Source: an uncultured Pirellulales bacterium (GTDB taxonomy: Bacteria > Planctomycetota > Phycisphaerae > Sedimentisphaerales > SM23-30). Taken from it: a stretch of 64,000 nucleotides of DNA. This document shows, piece by piece, positions 38,139 through 48,007 of the stretch. The translations under genes and the position numbers were made by a program. Position 1 is the first letter of the stretch. The number at the start of each line of letters is the position of its first letter. The stretch is from contig CAYZXY010000001.1 of the NCBI GenBank assembly GCA_964482555.1, forward strand, positions 5,915 through 69,914, in the 5' to 3' direction. The notes below the pieces were generated by a model. It searched no databases. It saw only the letters and a program-made list of their open reading frames with translations, and was not told the origin of the DNA.

Positions 38139-39341
38139 TTAAAATAACGATGTATAGATACTGTCGAGTAGCTTTTTCGTATGTTTACTAGTTCGATTTT
38201 GAATGATTGTCCTTCGAGCATTTTTACAAATCGAATTCAATGAATCATAATGGTCTAAAATAAAGATAATTTTTTCAACCAATGATTTAGAGACCCCTTT
38301 TTCGTAAACAATGCCGTTTTCATTATTAACCAACAATTCAGTTATACCTTTGACATTACTTCCCAATACTATTTTTTCCATAGCCATTCCTTCCAATATT
38401 TTGGAGGGATTACTACATTCAGCAACCCAGGAAGGCATCATCGGCACAACCAGCACATCAATCGCTTTATAATATCGAGGCATTTGGTCATATGGAACCT
38501 GGCCTAATAGTTCTAATAGTTCAGGTTCAGTATTTCGATATTTTTCAATCTCATTGACCAGCGGACCTCTCCCGCAAATGACAACTTTCATTATGTTCTT
38601 ATGTTGCTCAGAAATATGCTTGAGTGACTCAAGGAAAAAAAGGACGCCATTACTGGGATGTAGCAATCCGCTATACATAAAAACTATCTTATCTTCCCAG
38701 CCATATTTATGACGTAAATATGCTCTGTCATCTTCATATTTTTTTGAATCAAATATTGCTTCATTAACAGCGGCTGGTATGATTCGTATCTTGTCTGAAT
38801 CAATCCTGAATAATTCAATAAGACGTTCCTTTTTCATTTTGGTTTGAACAATAATGCGATCCGCCTTTTGTATAAAAGAAGCCTCTTCGATCAAAGAAGC
38901 TTTTTTAATAACTGGCTTGAAAAAAGGGGAAATATTGGGATTTATCTCAACGCTGTCAAACGGCAATTGATGGTATTCATAAATTAACGGTAACTTTTTT
39001 TTTCGAGCGACGTTTAGTGCTGCTCGATAATACACAGCAGGATTATGTCCGTGTACAATATCATAATTCCCTTGAGAGGCTTTTTTTGCCATGCATCCGG
39101 CATTCATGATGGATATGGGATCAATAAGCGGAGGTGAAAACATAAGTTTTTTCCTTAAGCAATGCCTGAATACTTTTACATTGTCATACTCGCTCTGTTC
39201 CGGGATTACTTCACATTTTAAATCAGGATAAGGTACGTGAAGGTAATGGGTGTTCTCGTCACCTGTCAACATGTACAATAATCTGGAGGTCGTACCTCCA
39301 TACTGGGGTATAAAAGAATGTGCAAAATGGAGGATTTTCAA
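38139..39341 (-). CDS. GT-B glycosyltransferase (family 4-like)
   Basis: 400-aa ORF. The C-terminal domain pattern (VVPMMPSWVAECSNPSKILEGMAMEKIVLGSNVKGITELL) resembles the E-x7-E GT4 motif region. The gene is AT-rich. Confidence 0.7.
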   Translation of the reverse strand: MKILHFAHSFIPQYGGTTSRLLYMLTGDENTHYLHVPYPDLKCEVIPEQSEYDNVKVFRHCLRKKLMFSPPLIDPISIMNAGCMAKKASQGNYDIVHGHNPAVYYRAALNVARKKKLPLIYEYHQLPFDSVEINPNISPFFKPVIKKASLIEEASFIQKADRIIVQTKMKKERLIELFRIDSDKIRIIPAAVNEAIFDSKKYEDDRAYLRHKYGWEDKIVFMYSGLLHPSNGVLFFLESLKHISEQHKNIMKVVICGRGPLVNEIEKYRNTEPELLELLGQVPYDQMPRYYKAIDVLVVPMMPSWVAECSNPSKILEGMAMEKIVLGSNVKGITELLVNNENGIVYEKGVSKSLVEKIIFILDHYDSLNSICKNARRTIIQNRTSKHTKKLLDSIYTSLF

Positions 39342-40564
39342 GCCGTTTCTTTCCTTATGTTCGTCTTCCGGCTCAGGTTATGCCGGTATAAATCGAGCAG
39401 GGGCCGGACGGTCTGACTCCAGTTATAGCGGTCCAGGACCGCCGTTTTGCCTTTCTTTCCACGCTGGACGCGCGTCGTATCCCGGTAAACCTCCAGCACT
39501 GTTGCCGCCAGAGAATTTTCATCGTCCACCTGAAAAATATAGCCGCAACCGGCATCGTTAACGACCCGCATCATGGGGCGCGTACTGCTGACGATGACCG
39601 GTTTTTCGAGCATCATATATTGAAATATTTTATTGGGCATGGTCGTTTCGATATGAGGCGTCGAGATATGCGGGATCAGGCCCACCTGACACGCTTCAAT
39701 GTAAGACGGCAATCTGGTAAAAGATTGATAGCCGGTAAATTCAACCCGGTCGCCGAGATTCATCGACCGACTCAATTCTTCGATTTCGTTTTTACTGGGA
39801 CCGTCTCCGACAATCAATAGCTTTGCGCGAGGAATTTCTTTTATAATCAAAGGCATCGACCTGACAGCCGTATCCAAACCGCGCAAAGGACAAATGGCGC
39901 CAGTGTACAATATAACAAAATCGTCCTTGTATTGCTCAACAATCGAGGCATCTATCTGTAACCCGGAGAAATAATCTATATCGTCGGTGTTCGTAATTTC
40001 TATAATATCTTCCGGGCTTTTGTTTAAACTGACGATTCTGGGAATATGCTCACGGGCGACAACGATGATTTTATCCGACCAGCGGCAGGCGAACCTTTCT
40101 TCCAGGTTAAGCAGACTCAACAAAATAATTGCAAAAGGTTTAAACTTCTGATATGTTTTCGCCTTAAAACTGTGTTGCAGCATTTCGGTGTAATGCTCAT
40201 GCATATCGAAAACGATCGGGAGACCTGCAACCTTACCCGCCAGCGTTGCCGCAAAGGCATAAGGCAAATCATGAACATGCAGGGCATCGATACGATATTT
40301 CCAGCAGGCATAAAGGATTAGAAAAAACATAAAATATCGTTGAAAAAAGAAATAGATCAAATCCGAAATAGCTTTCTTCCACTGGCATGGCAACTCCACA
40401 CGTATGACATTGATGCCATCGATACATTCTTCACGCGGCTGCCCGGGTATGCGCCGGGCCATCAAATACACCTGATGACCGTCGCGAATCAGATCGCGGG
40501 CCTCGCGCTCGACACGACGGTCGGGTGGGAAACGATTGGTTGACAGTACCATCAATAGATTCAT
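39338..40564 (-). CDS. GT-B glycosyltransferase (family 4-like)
   Basis: 408-aa ORF with LIVGDGP...VEFTGY...GLIPH...NKIFQYMMLEKPVIVS. There is a 4-nt overlap with the downstream GT gene. Confidence 0.75.
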   Translation of the reverse strand: MNLLMVLSTNRFPPDRRVEREARDLIRDGHQVYLMARRIPGQPREECIDGINVIRVELPCQWKKAISDLIYFFFQRYFMFFLILYACWKYRIDALHVHDLPYAFAATLAGKVAGLPIVFDMHEHYTEMLQHSFKAKTYQKFKPFAIILLSLLNLEERFACRWSDKIIVVAREHIPRIVSLNKSPEDIIEITNTDDIDYFSGLQIDASIVEQYKDDFVILYTGAICPLRGLDTAVRSMPLIIKEIPRAKLLIVGDGPSKNEIEELSRSMNLGDRVEFTGYQSFTRLPSYIEACQVGLIPHISTPHIETTMPNKIFQYMMLEKPVIVSSTRPMMRVVNDAGCGYIFQVDDENSLAATVLEVYRDTTRVQRGKKGKTAVLDRYNWSQTVRPLLDLYRHNLSRKTNIRKETA

Positions 40565-40821
40565 TAGTTATCCATAAAAACCAGGCCAATAACTCAATAC
40601 AGTACGTTTGAATAACTAAATAAAGTAACGAAAAAATGATGAAATTAAAAGTTTTTTATATGCGGGCAGCGTAAACTAATCTACAGCCGAAAGGGTCGTA
40701 ACCTTTTTTTATGCATACACATACGTTCCTGATAAGTTTCATTTCCGGATTATTAATCGTTAATTGCATTTCAATGAACATTACTGTAACATGCCCTAAA
40801 AAGATTACAGGAGGTCAAACT

Positions 40822-41922
40822 ATGGCAGTACCAATGCTGGATTTGCGGGTGCAGTTTGGTCCGTTGCGGGATGAGATTATAGCGGAAGTGACGGACGTGC
40901 TGGACTCCCAGATGTGCGTCGGCGGGCCAAAGGTGGCGAAGTTGGAGCAGCAGGTGGCGGCGGCGTGCGGATGCCGGTACGGTGTGGGGGTCTCCAGCGG
41001 GACCGATGCGATACTGAACAGCCTGATGAGTCTTGAGATCGGATCGGGGGATGAAGTGATAACTTCGCCGTTTACGTTTTTCGCGACGGTAGGCTGCATT
41101 GTTCGGTTGGGGGCAAAGCCGGTTTTCGTGGATATTGATGAGAAAACATACAATATCGACGCCGGGCAGATCGAAGGGGCAGTAACGGAACGGACGAAGG
41201 CGATTATGCCGGTGCATCTGTATGGGCAGATGGCGGATATGGATACGATCATGCAAGTGGCTGAAAAGCATGGACTTAGCGTGATAGAGGATTGCGCCCA
41301 GGCTATCGGCAGCACCTATAAGGACCGCCCTGCCGGGAGTATTGGGACCGCGGGCTGTCTGAGCTTTTACCCGACAAAAAATCTCAACGGGGCCGGCGAC
41401 GGCGGCATGCTGGTGACGAACGATGAATCACTGCATCATCGGGCGATGATCATGCGGAATCACGGCATGGAGCCGAAATATTATCATAAATTTGTCGGGG
41501 GCAATTTCCGGCTGGACGCGATGCAGGCGGCGGTGCTGCTGTGCAAGCTGCCGCATCTGGCGGCCTGGAACGAAAAACGCCGTCAGAACGCGGCGATTTA
41601 TGACGAGAAATTCGCGGGAACAGACATTATAACTCCATATATATCAAATGATTGCGCATCGACTTATCATCAGTATTGTATTCGGGCACCGCGTCGGGAC
41701 GAGCTGGTCAGCCACCTGAGGGAAAATCAGATCGGTTGTGATATTTATTACCCGGTTCCACTGCATTTACAGGTATGTTTTGCTGATTTAGGGTATAAAA
41801 AGGGTGATTTCCCGGTATCCGAGGCGGTTTCAGAGGATATTCTGGCCCTGCCAATCTATCCGGAACTGACCGAAGTTATGCTGGAAGAAGTGGCGGACAC
41901 AATCATAAGCTTTTACAAATAA
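40822..41922 (+). CDS. DegT/DnrJ/EryC1/StrS-family sugar aminotransferase
   Basis: The start was moved to ATG 40822 (MAVPMLDL), preceded by AGGAGG at 40809-40814. Motifs: GSGDEVITSPFTFFAT, PVHLYGQ, SFYPTKNL (PLP lysine). Confidence 0.88.
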   Translation: MAVPMLDLRVQFGPLRDEIIAEVTDVLDSQMCVGGPKVAKLEQQVAAACGCRYGVGVSSGTDAILNSLMSLEIGSGDEVITSPFTFFATVGCIVRLGAKPVFVDIDEKTYNIDAGQIEGAVTERTKAIMPVHLYGQMADMDTIMQVAEKHGLSVIEDCAQAIGSTYKDRPAGSIGTAGCLSFYPTKNLNGAGDGGMLVTNDESLHHRAMIMRNHGMEPKYYHKFVGGNFRLDAMQAAVLLCKLPHLAAWNEKRRQNAAIYDEKFAGTDIITPYISNDCASTYHQYCIRAPRRDELVSHLRENQIGCDIYYPVPLHLQVCFADLGYKKGDFPVSEAVSEDILALPIYPELTEVMLEEVADTIISFYK

Positions 41923-41942
41923 GAAATTTAGACGATATTGCT

Positions 41943-42977
41943 TTAAAGCTCTTCGCCGTGGGCGGCTTTTTCCAGTGTTTCAACGATGAAAGACGTCATG
42001 TCGATTTTATCGCGAAGGAGTTTTTCGCGGGCGGCCCGGGCGTTTTCAGTCGTACCGGGCTGCTGAAGCAGAGATACGGCTTTGTTCTGGATGTCGTCCA
42101 TATCGAGCGATTGCCAGAGCAAGCCATAATCTTCCATCATATTGAGGTAGCCCAGCTTGAGCGAATTGACATAGATCGTCGGTACGCCCAAAACGCAGGC
42201 TTCCGAAGCGACCGTCGCCCCCTCAGCCACGCACAGGGATGCGAAAGCCAGCAGGTGGTGAATGTGATGCACCGGCACGGTCATGCGATAGGGTTCAAGT
42301 TCATGGGGCAAAGGGCCTTCGGATGTAATATAAGGCCGGGCATAGCGGGCAATTTCATTAACAAAGACGATTTTTTTCTTCTCATCGAGGCCGCGCTGGC
42401 CGACATCATGTATCGCGCCCCAGCTTACCATGCGAATAACACAGTATCTGCTGTCAGGATCAATGTCGTTTTGACGGAGAACGTCGGGATCGGGAGTAAA
42501 ACGTCGGGGGTGCAGATAGGCGAGTTCGTGACAGCCGGGGTAGGTTCGCTGCTTTTTACCGGCCGATTTGGTGTAACAATCAGGGGTCAAGACATACCTG
42601 GCAAACGGCCAGGTGAGGATATGAATCTGTTTCTGATGCTCGGTATCGTCCCAGACGACGGCAGGCTTACCGGTGAGAAAACCGGCATGCGAGGCAAAAA
42701 CACCGCTGACGCTGGTCAGAACGTCCGGCTTGAACTGCCGGCAGAACCGCCAAAGCTTATAATCCCGCATGAGCATTTCCACGAACAGGCCGGCGGGCCC
42801 TTTGCCGACGTGGGTGAGCTTTACGAAGGGAATCCGGTAGTTTTCGAGCAGCGGAATGGCGACATCTTTTTCGCGTGCCGTCACGGCGACATTATGGCTG
42901 CGCTGCTGCAATTCGGCAATGGCCAGCCGGAAAAAATGGACATCGCCGGGATGTATGATCTCGAATAAAAAGTTCAC
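41943..42977 (-). CDS. DUF354-family protein (GT-B/epimerase-like; glycan cluster member)
   Basis: 344-aa ORF. From memory, the N-terminus FEIIHPGDVHFFRLAIAELQQRSHNVAVTAREKDV fits the DUF354 pattern. Confidence 0.55.
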   Translation of the reverse strand: MNFLFEIIHPGDVHFFRLAIAELQQRSHNVAVTAREKDVAIPLLENYRIPFVKLTHVGKGPAGLFVEMLMRDYKLWRFCRQFKPDVLTSVSGVFASHAGFLTGKPAVVWDDTEHQKQIHILTWPFARYVLTPDCYTKSAGKKQRTYPGCHELAYLHPRRFTPDPDVLRQNDIDPDSRYCVIRMVSWGAIHDVGQRGLDEKKKIVFVNEIARYARPYITSEGPLPHELEPYRMTVPVHHIHHLLAFASLCVAEGATVASEACVLGVPTIYVNSLKLGYLNMMEDYGLLWQSLDMDDIQNKAVSLLQQPGTTENARAAREKLLRDKIDMTSFIVETLEKAAHGEEL

Positions 42978-43114
42978 AAATCGCTCCTGAACCTATAATT
43001 TGTTGTTTTGCCATCGATCATAAAACCGGCTAAAATGTAAATTATTATGGATATGATTGCAAGCAGTTAAATGAAGGACTGAAACGGCCGCCGGGCGGCA
43101 TCCAATGAACCGTT

Positions 43115-44417
43115 ATGATGAAATCATTTACAAGATGGCTGGTTCGCAGGTGCATCAAGGACCATGCGCAGGTAAGCAATCCTGAAGTACGGGGCAGATA
43201 CGGCCGGCTGGCGGCGACGATCAGCATCGTGCTGAATGTCCTGCTGTTCATCATCAAGGGAACGATGGGCATCATGCTGCACAGTGTGGGATTGATTGCC
43301 GATGCAGTGCATACCCTGACAGATTCGGGTACCTCCATCATCATTTTTATCGGGTTTCATCTGGCTCAGAAGCCGGCCGACAAAGAGCATCCCTTCGGGC
43401 ACGGGCGGGCGGAGTCTATCGCGGCCCTGGTAGTGGCACTGATTCTGATTGTTACGGGTATCGAAATATTGAAATCATCGGTGATTAAGATTTTCGATCC
43501 GGTAATACAATCAGACAAGATAAATGCCGTGGTCGTTGTTATTTTAACCGCTACGGTAGTTCTCAAGGAGCTGATGGCGCGGCTGGCCGTGACGATGGGC
43601 GATATGATCGAATCTATACCCAAAGGGTATGAAAATTCCCGGCAGGGCCGGGCGTAAGCTTTTTATCCGCAAATAATTACGTTCCGGCAAAACGGGGATT
43701 TTCAATCGGAACGAGTATAAAACGCTCACGGCGGATGCCTGGCATCATCGCAGCGACGCCTTTTCGACGGTCATGGTATTGCTGGCAATGCTGGCGTCTT
43801 ATTTAGGCATTCATAATCTGGACGGGGTAGCGGGAACGGCGGTATCTTTGATCATCATGTACAGCGGCTATATTATTGCACGGGACACGATGAGCCCCTT
43901 GATGGGCGAACGGCCGAGCAAGAACATGATCTATCGCATAGAAGATCTGGCACGAAGAATTCCGGGAGTATGGGGAGTGCACGATGTGATAGTGCATCAT
44001 TACGGTCACACGAAACTGGTATCGCTGCATATCGAAGTGGATGACCGGGAAAAGGCGATTGATCTTCATGAGATATCAGACCGGGTGGAATATTTCATTG
44101 AAAAGGAAACCGGAGCCGCGACGGTGGTGCATGTCGATCCGCTGAACGTCCGGCATGCCCGGTACGGCGAGATTTACCAGACAATTCGGGATACCGTCGC
44201 CGAAAATGACAACATCAGCAATTTTCATGAATTGCGCATTATCGGTCAGGGCGAGAAAGTCATCGCGGATTTTGAAATCACCTTGTCGGAAAGCGCCGAT
44301 CGCCGTCGTAAAAAATCGATAATCGCCAACCTGCAGAAAGATCTGGCCCTGCGGCTGACGGGCGTACAGGCCCGTATCAAGGTCGATCCCCTCTTTGTTT
44401 CCAACACACCGGAATGA
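43115..44417 (+). pseudogene. cation diffusion facilitator (CDF) family transporter split by a MITE insertion
   Basis: The first ORF (43115-43657) ends in element-derived IPKGYENSRQGRA*. The second frame resumes at TLTADAWHHRSDAF (43722 onward). Deleting 43617-43719 (103 bp) gives ...GDMIESKTLTADAWHHRSD..., a single 399-codon ORF with CDF motifs (ADAVHTLTD, HPFGHGR, DAWHHRSD) and a C-terminal cytoplasmic domain. Confidence 0.8.
43617..43717 (-). repeat. 101-bp MITE-like element inserted inside the CDF gene, R orientation
   Basis: About 95% identical by eye to the reverse complement of the 22449 copy. TA at 43615-43616 and 43718-43719. Confidence 0.9.
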
Positions 44418-44539
44418 TAAGTCGCTGCCAGGAGTTATCGGACAGCGGAAATGTCGATATATTTTAACGGTGATGTATAAAACAGGTCGATATCTACGGC
44501 TGTACCAATGATCGTTCCGCCAGAGCAGTATGGCATTAA

Positions 44540-44639
44540 TACCCAAAGGGTATGAGAATTCCCGCCAGGTCTGGACGTAAAAGCTTTACCCGCTCATATT
44601 AACGTTTGGATAAACGGAAATAATCAATCGGAACGAGTA
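44540..44639 (-). repeat. MITE-like element, R orientation
   Basis: TACCCAAAGGGTATGAGAATTCCCGCCAGGTCTGGACGTAAAAGC...CAATCGGAACGAGTA, followed by TA. The left end of the element (in its own orientation) lies 12 nt upstream of ATG 44652. Confidence 0.75.
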
Positions 44640-44651
44640 TAAGCATACGCT

Positions 44652-45944
44652 ATGAAAGCAATTTTTAATACAATAGTTTGCCATAAACGGAGTTTCGGGT
44701 TTATCATCGTTCTGATGGTTATCCTGCGTCTGGCGGGATTGGGGCTAGGCGGTAAGCTGGCTTGGCGCGACGGCGACGAAATGGTCATGATCGCGCAGCG
44801 TATTGTTGACGGTTACGGCTACAGCAATCCTTACGTGCCGCCGGAGGATTCACCAACCGCGGTCGTACCACCGCTTTATGTATGGGTGCTTAGCGGAGTA
44901 CTTTACCTGTTCGGCAGCGAAGGGCGGCTTTTCTACCTGGCAATCCAATTGTTGAATATCGCTCTGCAGGCAGGAACGGTTTGGATTATGATGATAATAC
45001 TCCGACGAAAAATCGGACCCAGGCCGGCTTTGCTATACGGATTACTGTTTGCCGTCAGTCCCTCTCTGATCTTAGTATCGGGCCAGGCCTGGGAAACAGC
45101 GCTGACGCATTTACTGCTGACGCTGCTGGCTGCGATTATCATTCTATATTGGGAAGCCCCGGTCCCTTTATACTGGTTCATCTTGACTGGCGGTCTGATG
45201 GGGCTTATATCGCTGAGTAATCCGGGCTGGACACTTTGCTGGCCGTTTATCGGACTGCTGGGATTATGGCGGTTGTTTCGATGGGACATCAAAAAGATGC
45301 TGCTGCCGGGATTGCTGCTGATCATGGGATTTGCTGCTGTCGCGGCGCCCTGGACAGTGCGTAATTATCGTGAGTTCGATAAATTCCTGTTTGTGCGCAG
45401 CATGGTAGGGCCGGAAATGTTCTGCGGTAATCATCCCGACGCCCGCGGCGGGCACGGCCGCGGCTTCACGCAATATCAGTTACTGTATCGCAAAGATCTG
45501 GCGGAGAAACTGGAGGAGATGGGTGAAACGGCATACGATCAATGGATGTGGCAGCGGTCGCGGGAAGCCATATCGAGCGACCTGCCGGGGTATATAAAAA
45601 AATGCGGGCTGCGGGTGATCATGTTCTGGATGGGTGATTTCGATCGCATTCATTTATCCATCCAGCGCGGCAGCACGACCAATACGATTTTACTGTTGAT
45701 GCTGTCATTGTATTTATCGGTCGAGACGATAGCCGGTTTATGGGGATGGGCGGTGAACAGACAGGCGCGGCAGATATTCTGGATACTGGGAGTGTACTGC
45801 CTGGTCATGCCGCTGCCATACTATTTAATCATAGTGGGTTTTCGTTTTCGCGCTGCGCTCTCGCCGTTCATGCTGGTCTGGGTCACGATGGGTATATTGC
45901 GAATACTGGAGAAATGGACCGATAACGAACCTGCGTCCGAATAA
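44652..45944 (+). CDS. GT-C fold membrane glycosyltransferase (family 39 / ArnT-PMT-like)
   Basis: 430-aa polytopic ORF. The N-terminal loop GDEMVMIAQRIVDGYGYSNPY...VVPPLYVWVL fits the GT39 pattern. Confidence 0.6.
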   Translation: MKAIFNTIVCHKRSFGFIIVLMVILRLAGLGLGGKLAWRDGDEMVMIAQRIVDGYGYSNPYVPPEDSPTAVVPPLYVWVLSGVLYLFGSEGRLFYLAIQLLNIALQAGTVWIMMIILRRKIGPRPALLYGLLFAVSPSLILVSGQAWETALTHLLLTLLAAIIILYWEAPVPLYWFILTGGLMGLISLSNPGWTLCWPFIGLLGLWRLFRWDIKKMLLPGLLLIMGFAAVAAPWTVRNYREFDKFLFVRSMVGPEMFCGNHPDARGGHGRGFTQYQLLYRKDLAEKLEEMGETAYDQWMWQRSREAISSDLPGYIKKCGLRVIMFWMGDFDRIHLSIQRGSTTNTILLLMLSLYLSVETIAGLWGWAVNRQARQIFWILGVYCLVMPLPYYLIIVGFRFRAALSPFMLVWVTMGILRILEKWTDNEPASE

Positions 45945-46031
45945 ATTTCAGATACCGTTTCATGCTGTAAGCCTTTCTATCTATATCCGGGACATCAGCG
46001 AATCGAATAACCGAGTTGAAATCAACTCATT

Positions 46032-46049
46032 CACGGGCAAGCTGCCCAT
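46032..46049. repeat. REP-like hairpin
   Basis: CACGGGCA-AGC-TGCCCAT, intergenic. It is immediately preceded by a second perfect hairpin, GAGTTGA-AA-TCAACTC (46013-46028). Confidence 0.5.
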
Positions 46050-46176
46050 AATACATTTTCATAACAGGAGGAATTATCCGCATAATCGTAATAAATATCA
46101 TGAATTCACCATCATTTATGCCGATATGACAGTTAGTGCGAATTGATAATATACTTATGTATTAAGGTAACCAGGC

Positions 46177-47586
46177 ATGTTTCTCCTGCGTGACCCATTT
46201 ATTGTGAGCCTGCTGTCATTAACGATCGCGGGGCTGGTGATATTACTGCAACCAACCCGGCGGCCGTACTGGTGGCTGTTTATATTGACGATTGTATTTT
46301 TCGCGTTCCCGCGCGCGGGATTCACGCTGGAGAAGAACCTGCTCCCTCTGCCGATACCGCATATCCTGACGGCTATACTGGGGGTTGAGTGGTTTCTGCG
46401 GCGGCATCACTCCGAGGTCGGACCGCCTTTTTTCAAAAAGCTGGTTATTGTCTTTGCTCTGACCGCCTTTTTCAGCGCCTGTTACGGCTTATGCATGGGC
46501 GGACGACCGCTGATGGTTTTTCTGGATTTGTGCTTTTATTTCTTTTCATTGACGATTTTCTTTTTCTGCATCGACACCTTTCGAGAACGAAGGCAATTCA
46601 ATGTTTTTATCGGACTGATATTGTCGATTTCCATGCTGGTCAGCGTTTATGGACTTTTGCAGGTTTTTTGGGGCACGGATATTCTCATTCCCAATATCAC
46701 CCACAATACCGGCGGCGGTGATTATTCTAAAGCTTACCTCCAGGGCAATGACATAAACTATATGCGAGTGTTGAGCAGTTACGGCGATCCGAACGTATTA
46801 AGTTCACAGCTTTTACTTTTTATAGGCATTGCATTTTCGATAATGATCGGTCATGGCATCCGACTCAGATACCGGCTGTTTTGTGTGCTGGTGGTGGTAT
46901 GTAATATCGTTTGCCTGGTGTTGACCGGTTCGCGTGCGGCGATGATATGCCTGCCGCTGGTTATCATCATTTTGCTGTGCCTGAAAAGCAGATGGGTCCG
47001 GTTTACGGTCCTGTTTCTGATACCGATGGGAATGATTCTTATGCATGAGCATCTGTTTGCGTTCCTGAACTCTCCCATGCTCATGATTATAAATGACGAG
47101 CGGTTATCCTATCCGCAGAAGCTGGTCGAATTGCTGCTGACCTCTCCATTCGGCTCCGGACTGGGCAACAACATCTATCTCGGAACGCCGGATGGCGACA
47201 GTTCATTGATCTTCAAAAACGCCTCCAATGTTTTTGACAGTTGGAATTCGTTCTGGATGAACCTGGTGGCCCGCATGGGGATTCAGGGCTTTCTTTGTTT
47301 CGTTTTCCTGCTGGGCACCTTGTGGCATTATATCTGGCGTCAGTCACGACATATACATCACCCGCTGGTTCAGGCATCTCTGCTGGGAGGGCTGGCCGGC
47401 ATGAGCGTCCAGATGTTGATCTGGCTGGTCAATAATACATATATGCTGCCGGGAGGCGGTCTGAATTTCTGGTTCATGATGGGCATGATGGTCGTCGGCT
47501 GCCATGCCTATACGCATGCGCCGGAACCAATGATGGTCCCCTGTCAGCCGATGTGGACACAAAAGAGAGTTGTTCCAACGACATAG
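46177..47586 (+). CDS. O-antigen ligase/polymerase-like membrane protein (Wzy_C domain family)
   Basis: 469-aa ORF with ~11 TM helices and the characteristic LTGSRAAMI segment followed by a large loop. Confidence 0.65.
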   Translation: MFLLRDPFIVSLLSLTIAGLVILLQPTRRPYWWLFILTIVFFAFPRAGFTLEKNLLPLPIPHILTAILGVEWFLRRHHSEVGPPFFKKLVIVFALTAFFSACYGLCMGGRPLMVFLDLCFYFFSLTIFFFCIDTFRERRQFNVFIGLILSISMLVSVYGLLQVFWGTDILIPNITHNTGGGDYSKAYLQGNDINYMRVLSSYGDPNVLSSQLLLFIGIAFSIMIGHGIRLRYRLFCVLVVVCNIVCLVLTGSRAAMICLPLVIIILLCLKSRWVRFTVLFLIPMGMILMHEHLFAFLNSPMLMIINDERLSYPQKLVELLLTSPFGSGLGNNIYLGTPDGDSSLIFKNASNVFDSWNSFWMNLVARMGIQGFLCFVFLLGTLWHYIWRQSRHIHHPLVQASLLGGLAGMSVQMLIWLVNNTYMLPGGGLNFWFMMGMMVVGCHAYTHAPEPMMVPCQPMWTQKRVVPTT

Positions 47587-47619
47587 TTTTCCAGACAGAA
47601 TAAACATGAGGAAATCCGG

Positions 47620-47639
47620 AGTGCGATTTCGCACTTTTT
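47620..47639 (+). terminator. rho-independent terminator after the O-antigen-ligase-like gene
   Basis: AGTGCGA-TT-TCGCACT followed by TTTTT, 34 nt after the stop. A second hairpin, AAGGCC-TTACAG-GGCCTT-TT, lies at 47661-47680. Confidence 0.7.
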
Positions 47640-48007
47640 CTTGTGGTATCATTAACTGATAAGGCCTTACAGGGCCTTTTGTCAGCGATGCAACGTTTTT
47701 TTGCGATTTTCGATCACTTATCCGAAAGTGAATCATAATATCGTCGGGCTTAAAAGACCCTGCGGAACGCCAAAGCGTTATCAAAAAAATGCGAAGGTTA
47801 AGTTTGGATACCTGCCAAAGTCAATCTTAATTACTCAAAGGGACCGATTCTATTGAAGGAGTCAGGAACCAAGAGTTAGAAGCCAGTACGACATACCACA
47901 ATAAACGCGACGATGGGTTTTCGTCCCTCATACAGTCGACCTGTTTAGGAAATGGCATACCAGGAGTAATGATTTACAGATTCATTTGTAACGAGTAGAA
48001 CAGCACT

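Noticed and set aside
43544-43729. The 61-aa minus ORF, and the IPKGYENSRQGRA tail of the first CDF ORF
   Set aside because: Both are read from the MITE sequence. The same pseudo-peptides appear wherever the element occurs.
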